A stretch of DNA of 64,000 bases from Spirochaetaceae bacterium (GTDB taxonomy: Bacteria > Spirochaetota > Spirochaetia > DSM-2461). Each line of letters begins with the position of its first letter. The stretch's first letter is position 1. The notes below the pieces were generated by a model, which made no database searches, was not told where the DNA came from, and saw only the letters and a program-made list of their open reading frames with translations. Below, in pieces: positions 59,037 through 64,000 of this stretch. The stretch covers positions 24,985 to 88,984 of the forward strand of contig JAOPTT010000007.1 of assembly GCA_051531975.1 (NCBI GenBank). Direction: 5' to 3'. The position numbers were made by a program, and so were the translations under genes.

Positions 59037-60245
59037 ATGTCATTAAAAGGAAACGCAATTATTGGACAGTCAGGAGGTCCAACTTCGGTAATCAATTCAT
59101 CATTAGCAGGTGTTATTGAAGGTGCTTTAAAAAGCGAACTTATAGAAAATGTTTACGGTATGAACTACGGTATTGAAGGATTTATGAATGAGTGGCTTTA
59201 TGATTTAACAGCACAACCAGATGAAATTATTAAGGGTCTAAGAGAGACTCCATCATCTGCTTTAGGTTCTTCTAGATTAAAGTTACAAGATGAACATTTT
59301 CCTAAAATCATGGAAGTTTTTAAGAAGTACGATATCAGATACTTTTTCTTAATTGGTGGAAACGACACTATGGATACTGTTCATAGAGTAGAAGCTTATT
59401 GCCAAAAAGTTGGGTACGATCTAAAAGGTATTGGTATACCTAAAACTGTTGATAATGACCTATATGGAACAGACCATACACCTGGTTTTGCTTCTGCTGG
59501 TAGATATAACGCACTTTCTGTAATGCAGGGTGGTCAGTTAGCAAGAGACATGAAAAAAGTTGATAAATTTGTTGTATTCCAAACTATCGGGCGAGATGCT
59601 GGTTGGTTAGCCGCAGCTTGTGCTTGTGGTAAAAAGAAAGAAGACGATGCACCACACTTAATATACTGTCCAGAGAGAAAGTTTAACCCAGATGAGTTTG
59701 TAGAAGATGCTAAGGCATGTATAGAAAAATATGGTTGGGTATCAGTTGTTGTATCAGAAGGTATCTGTTACGAAGATGGGACCCCGGTTTCTGCAGCATT
59801 AACAAAAGATAAGTTTAATAATACTGAATTTGGTGCCATGGGTGGAGCTTCTGTTGCACTTAATGTACATAAGATATTAAGAGAGACAACAGGGGAGAGA
59901 GGTGAATTCCAAATATTAGAATCACTTAATATGTCTGCCCACGACAGAGCTACTAAGCAGGACTTACAAGAAGCATTTGATTGTGGTTTAGAAGCCGTAA
60001 GACTTGCGGAAAGTGGAGAGACAGGATTTATGGTAACTATTGATAGAGTATCAAATGTTCCATACAAATCAAAAATGGGTAAAACACCACTATCAAATGT
60101 TGCAGTTAGAGCTAAATCTATGCCTGATGATTTTATTAACGAAAGAGGTAACTTTGTAACTGATAAAGCCTTAGAGTACTTAAACCCACTAATAACTGAT
60201 CTACCAAACTATGTAGAACTAAAACCAATATTTGTAAAGAAATAA
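59037..60245 (+). CDS. pfp: Phosphofructokinase, probably pyrophosphate-dependent
   Basis: GQSGGPT, IGGNDT (Asp at the ATP/PPi-discriminating position), PKTVDND, GRDAGW; ATG 59037 after GGAGG. Confidence 0.85.
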   Translation: MSLKGNAIIGQSGGPTSVINSSLAGVIEGALKSELIENVYGMNYGIEGFMNEWLYDLTAQPDEIIKGLRETPSSALGSSRLKLQDEHFPKIMEVFKKYDIRYFFLIGGNDTMDTVHRVEAYCQKVGYDLKGIGIPKTVDNDLYGTDHTPGFASAGRYNALSVMQGGQLARDMKKVDKFVVFQTIGRDAGWLAAACACGKKKEDDAPHLIYCPERKFNPDEFVEDAKACIEKYGWVSVVVSEGICYEDGTPVSAALTKDKFNNTEFGAMGGASVALNVHKILRETTGERGEFQILESLNMSAHDRATKQDLQEAFDCGLEAVRLAESGETGFMVTIDRVSNVPYKSKMGKTPLSNVAVRAKSMPDDFINERGNFVTDKALEYLNPLITDLPNYVELKPIFVKK

Positions 60246-60280
60246 TAATTAATACCGGCTAGGAAATTTAGGAGAAATAG

Positions 60281-61297
60281 ATGAATTTAACAGATAAAAA
60301 ATATACACAGTTTGAGCTACCAAAAGATATGCTAGAGACAGCAAATGTTCTAAGAAATTTTGATACAAACATTGGGAAAGAGTATGCCGATGCTTTTAAA
60401 GCTAAAAAAGGTATTTTTTACACAGGTGAAGGGTCTTCTAGACTATTTCCTGGAAAAAGAGCTATATACGAATCAATGAAAGCTGCTGGACATAAACCTT
60501 CTGCAACCGATGGTGCAACTCAAGCTTTAGAGTATGATCTATCAGACTATGCAGTAGTTGGAGCTTCTAACTCTGGTAAAACAAAAGAGCTTATAAGACT
60601 TTTCCATAAGCTAAAAAAAGAGGGGCATGATGCACTTTTTGGTGTGACAGCATTTCCTGATACTCCACTAGAGACAATCTCAAACAAAACTACTGTTTTA
60701 GGATGTGGTGAAGAGGGTGCTGTAGCTGCAACTAAATCAGTTGTAGAACAAGCTTTAGTTATCGACTCAATTCTTCACGCTATAGATGGGAAAGAGATGC
60801 CTAACATAGCTGCTGCAGCAGATGCAGTTGAGGAAGCTCTTAAGATTGAAATTGATCCAAAGTTAATCAAGAAGATAGCAAATGCAGGGACAATATACTT
60901 TGCAGGACGTAATAACGGTGTTGCAGAGGAATTAACTCTAAAAACAAATGAGATAACTAGAAAAAAATCTGACTTTCTAGAGGGAACATATGCAGCTCAT
61001 GGAATCGAAGAGGTTCAAAATGCTGATGATGTTATTATTGTAATAAATCCATTCGAAGATGAAGAGGCTAAGTTTAAAGAGTGTCTAATCGATGTAGTTG
61101 GTTTAACTATTATTGCAATAGCTGATAGAGAGACTTCATTTCCAACAATTAAAATTCCTAATGCAGGACATTATCAGAACTACGTAGAGCTTGCAGCTGG
61201 TTGGAATATATTAGTTGAGACAGGTTTAGCTTTAGGTGTAAAGTTAGATACTTGTGATAGAGCAAGAAAAGTTGGAAACGAATTTATTCCTGAATAA
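60281..61297 (+). CDS. Double SIS-domain sugar-phosphate isomerase/deaminase
   Basis: GEGSS, SNSGKTKE, AVAATKS, ELTLKTNE, HGIEE; lacks glutaminase domain. Confidence 0.82.
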   Translation: MNLTDKKYTQFELPKDMLETANVLRNFDTNIGKEYADAFKAKKGIFYTGEGSSRLFPGKRAIYESMKAAGHKPSATDGATQALEYDLSDYAVVGASNSGKTKELIRLFHKLKKEGHDALFGVTAFPDTPLETISNKTTVLGCGEEGAVAATKSVVEQALVIDSILHAIDGKEMPNIAAAADAVEEALKIEIDPKLIKKIANAGTIYFAGRNNGVAEELTLKTNEITRKKSDFLEGTYAAHGIEEVQNADDVIIVINPFEDEEAKFKECLIDVVGLTIIAIADRETSFPTIKIPNAGHYQNYVELAAGWNILVETGLALGVKLDTCDRARKVGNEFIPE

Positions 61298-61328
61298 ACA
61301 ATATATGAACAAATTTTATCCTATTTTT

Positions 61329-61355
61329 GGTCCCCTATTACAGGGGGCTTTTTTT
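61329..61355 (+). terminator. Rho-independent terminator
   Basis: ggtcccct-attac-agggggct + T7. Confidence 0.82.
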
Positions 61356-61422
61356 ATATTTATATATACGTAAAATTAAATTAAAACTATAATCAGTTAA
61401 ATAAAAGCTTTAGGTGGAAATT

Positions 61423-61629
61423 ATGATCGATTTAGATTTAAAAGAAGTTATCGAAGTTGTAGGTAGCGGTATGATAGTTAAATTAACAAATAGTGACGAA
61501 GGTATACTGTTAAATTTTGAATCAGAAGAGGGTGGACGTGTAATTAGAATTCAGCCCCATGAAAGTGATCCTAAAACATTAGTACTATCTTTAGATAGAA
61601 AGAAACCAACATTTGAAGTTGTAAAATAG
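61423..61629 (+). CDS. Small hypothetical protein
   Basis: ATG 61423 after AGGTGG; 1 nt before next gene. Confidence 0.65.
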   Translation: MIDLDLKEVIEVVGSGMIVKLTNSDEGILLNFESEEGGRVIRIQPHESDPKTLVLSLDRKKPTFEVVK

Positions 61630-61630
61630 A

Positions 61631-62533
61631 ATGGGTAACTATATAGGAGAGATTGCATCCTTTGGAACAGTTATCTGTTGGATAGTATGTTCTATGGCAT
61701 TTGAAAAAGCCGGAAAAAAAATTGGTTCCATGACTGTTAACTTAATAAGGCTTATATTTGCATTAGTTTTTATATGTATCATTACTTATATTACACGAGG
61801 TTTTATCTTACCAACAGATGCTACATCTAAAACCTGGTTTTGGTTGTCTCTATCTGGAGTTGTAGGTTTTTTTATTGGAGATCTATGTCTGTTCAGAGCT
61901 TTTGTGACAATAGGATCCAGGATTTCAATGTTAATCTATTCCCTAGTTCCACCAATATCCGCAGTATTAGGTCTAGTCGTATTTAATGAAAAAATGTCTG
62001 CTATCGCAATTGTAGGTATGATCGTGACTCTTGTAGGAATTGGTTTTGCAATTCTAAAAAAGACAGATAATAAAATTAGCTTTTCTCATCCAGTTAAAGG
62101 AGTAACTTTAGCTGTAATTGGAGCAATATGCCAAGCTCTAGGTGTTGGACTTAGTAAATTTGGTATGACTTTAACTGATGGATCGATATACGACCCTTGG
62201 GCCTGTACTCAGATTCGAATAATATCAGCTACTATATGTTTTATTCTGCTTTTTATATTTACAAAACGATGGTCATATATTAAAAAGGCTATTGTTATGC
62301 CTAGACCTATGGTAGAAGTTGCAGTTGGATCTGTTTTTGGCCCTGTAATAGGTGTTACTTTAGGATTAATCGCAATTACATATATCTCTATGGGTGTATC
62401 ATCTACTATTATCGCAGTTTTACCTGTAGCTATAATAATACCCCATGTTATATTTTACAAAGAAAAAATACATCTAAGAGAAATTATAGGTGCTGTAATA
62501 ACAGTTATTGGAGTCTCTTTATTGTTCATTTAG
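61631..62533 (+). CDS. DMT/EamA family transporter
   Basis: 10 TM helices in two EamA repeats; LSGVVGFFIGD, FYKEKI. Confidence 0.9.
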   Translation: MGNYIGEIASFGTVICWIVCSMAFEKAGKKIGSMTVNLIRLIFALVFICIITYITRGFILPTDATSKTWFWLSLSGVVGFFIGDLCLFRAFVTIGSRISMLIYSLVPPISAVLGLVVFNEKMSAIAIVGMIVTLVGIGFAILKKTDNKISFSHPVKGVTLAVIGAICQALGVGLSKFGMTLTDGSIYDPWACTQIRIISATICFILLFIFTKRWSYIKKAIVMPRPMVEVAVGSVFGPVIGVTLGLIAITYISMGVSSTIIAVLPVAIIIPHVIFYKEKIHLREIIGAVITVIGVSLLFI

Positions 62534-63379
62534 TAAAAAATCTACTAGAGAATTAACACCTACCAGACTATTTTTATAGTTATCTATATGGTTGTTACTA
62601 TCTAGTTCTATATCTAGAGCAGTAACACCTTCAATTTTACCTGTGTATGAAATTAGTTCCCCTTCAAAACGTTCTATAATTGCTTTTGCTGGGGTATACA
62701 TTGTTTCAGGGATATAACTAGATGTTTTAGCAAAAGCTTTCGCCATTTCCCAGGCCCTATTATTTATTAAAATTTCACCTTTTTCTACACGGTATTCAGG
62801 GTAAACTCTGCCTTTATCCATATAACCATGAAAGGATAATATTGTAACATTTTTATGTTCTGCTTTTAATCTATCTATTAATTCCACCAAAAGTCTTGTA
62901 GATGGTAGATACATCTCTAAAAAATCCCTATTTGGATCAACATATCTGTTTATTCCATTTTTATATGTTTTGTCATTTCCATAAAATATTCGGTAAAAAA
63001 GTTTCTTATCGAAGTTTTCTAATGGACTCTTTTTAATAACATAACCCTCTGAATCAAGATGTTCTTTTAGATATCCACGTCTGCCTTTAATAACTTCAAC
63101 GCCTTTAATTTTTTCTTTTATTGCGTATATTGTTGGATTTATAGAGGGAATAAAGTAGGTAGTTATAGGATAATTAGAATTGAGGCGAATATGGTCTACA
63201 ACTTGGCTTGTGTAGGATTCATCCCCATGAATTCCACCAATAATTAGAAGAACATCGTCGGTTAATTGCCCGTTATTATAAATAAATATTGGATTGTGAC
63301 CAGAATCCTCTCCTAAAACATCTAATGCATTTATGGAAAGAGATGATATTATAAATAATGTAGCAATAAAATATTTCAT
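62519..63379 (-). CDS. M14-family zinc carboxypeptidase-like exported protein
   Basis: Signal peptide; GGIHGDE (HxxE), INP, DPNRDF, SFH, IEL. Confidence 0.72.
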   Translation of the reverse strand: MKYFIATLFIISSLSINALDVLGEDSGHNPIFIYNNGQLTDDVLLIIGGIHGDESYTSQVVDHIRLNSNYPITTYFIPSINPTIYAIKEKIKGVEVIKGRRGYLKEHLDSEGYVIKKSPLENFDKKLFYRIFYGNDKTYKNGINRYVDPNRDFLEMYLPSTRLLVELIDRLKAEHKNVTILSFHGYMDKGRVYPEYRVEKGEILINNRAWEMAKAFAKTSSYIPETMYTPAKAIIERFEGELISYTGKIEGVTALDIELDSNNHIDNYKNSLVGVNSLVDFLLNEQ

Positions 63380-63420
63380 ACTTATTTAAAGTTAGTATAT
63401 TCCAATGTTTTGTGCAAATT

Positions 63421-63444
63421 AAAAAGGGGAGAAGCTCCCCTTTT
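63421..63444 (-). terminator. Rho-independent terminator of ECF S-component gene
   Basis: aaaaggggag-aag-ctcccctttt with flanking A/T runs. Confidence 0.82.
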
Positions 63445-63448
63445 ATTA

Positions 63449-63964
63449 CTAATTCTTCTTAATTATTTTACTAGCAACTAAAAATAGAACTCTACCACCA
63501 ATTAATCCACCAAATAGTTGGATTGTATTTGTAGGGAACAGTTCACCTATCGCCATCTCCATTCCACCTATATCTTTTAGGAAGAAAGCTTCTCCAATAA
63601 AATAAGTGGCAACCATTAAAACTCCACCAATTAATAAAATTAATAGATGTTTAATTCCCTTTTTCTGGAAAGATAAATATGCCATCGCCGCTTCCAAACC
63701 TTTTGCTATAAAAGTCATTGGAGCAAATATCCCATATCCTAGATATAGATCCGCACAGGCTGTCCCTAGACCGGCAACTAAAAATGCTGCAGCTAAATTG
63801 CCCCATTTTTTATCCCCAATAAAATGAGCAATAAAAAGTCCAGAAAATACAACAGCAACGTCGCTGAAATTAAAAAAACCTACCCCAACAGGGATAGCAA
63901 CAAATACCGTCGTTAGAGATACCGTTGCAAAAAGTACGAGTAGTGTAATTACTCTTTTAGTCAT
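63449..63964 (-). CDS. ECF transporter S component
   Basis: IP.G.GFFNFSD, GLGTACADLYLGY..FAPMTFIAKG, GGVLMVATYF..E. Confidence 0.88.
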   Translation of the reverse strand: MTKRVITLLVLFATVSLTTVFVAIPVGVGFFNFSDVAVVFSGLFIAHFIGDKKWGNLAAAFLVAGLGTACADLYLGYGIFAPMTFIAKGLEAAMAYLSFQKKGIKHLLILLIGGVLMVATYFIGEAFFLKDIGGMEMAIGELFPTNTIQLFGGLIGGRVLFLVASKIIKKN

Positions 63965-64000
63965 GTTTTCTCCTCTAAAATGTGCTCTCTTTCAAGAAGC

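Noticed and set aside
3442..63827. Numerous short antisense or nested ORFs in the track (e.g. 3442-3645, 6382-6792, 10514-10963, 12409-12798, 16218-16583, 41996-42316, 47457-47771, 59768-60067, 63606-63827)
   Set aside because: They overlap strongly supported genes, mostly as mirror frames of membrane proteins, and lack RBS or motifs.
63965..64000. Riboswitch upstream of the ECF S component
   Set aside because: Plausible location, but only 36 nt are in the window (minus strand gcttcttgaaagagagcac...), too little to assign any family.

Overview
AT-rich, gene-dense chromosomal segment of a bacterium that looks like a free-living spirochete (class I LysRS, Bat/MoxR operon, BMP-type ABC transporter, stand-alone DbpA-domain protein; taxonomy is inference). 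Mostly housekeeping and accessory genes: M16 peptidase, aconitase, lysS, era, clpP, purC, argJ, moxR-bat operon, infA, dksA-like, alr, a PhoB/PhoR-type pair, a ROK-CBM9-like-PFK-SIS sugar operon, and three tRNAs (Arg-CCT, 2x Asp-GTC). No CRISPR array, rRNA, intact IS or prophage is visible. The most notable signals are regulatory or relic: (i) a catalytically dead tyrosine-recombinase-like ORF and an XRE regulator bracketed by a 21-bp direct repeat (13760/14650); (ii) a GC-rich multi-hairpin element that could occlude the RBS of an iron-sulfur flavoprotein gene (8317-8403); (iii) at least 13 genes with leaderless promoter architecture; (iv) recognisable Rex, sigma-54, sigma-28, Pho-box, OmpR-type and XylR/ROK-type sites that suggest functions for several hypothetical genes. 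All product calls come from motif recognition by eye; no database searches were run.
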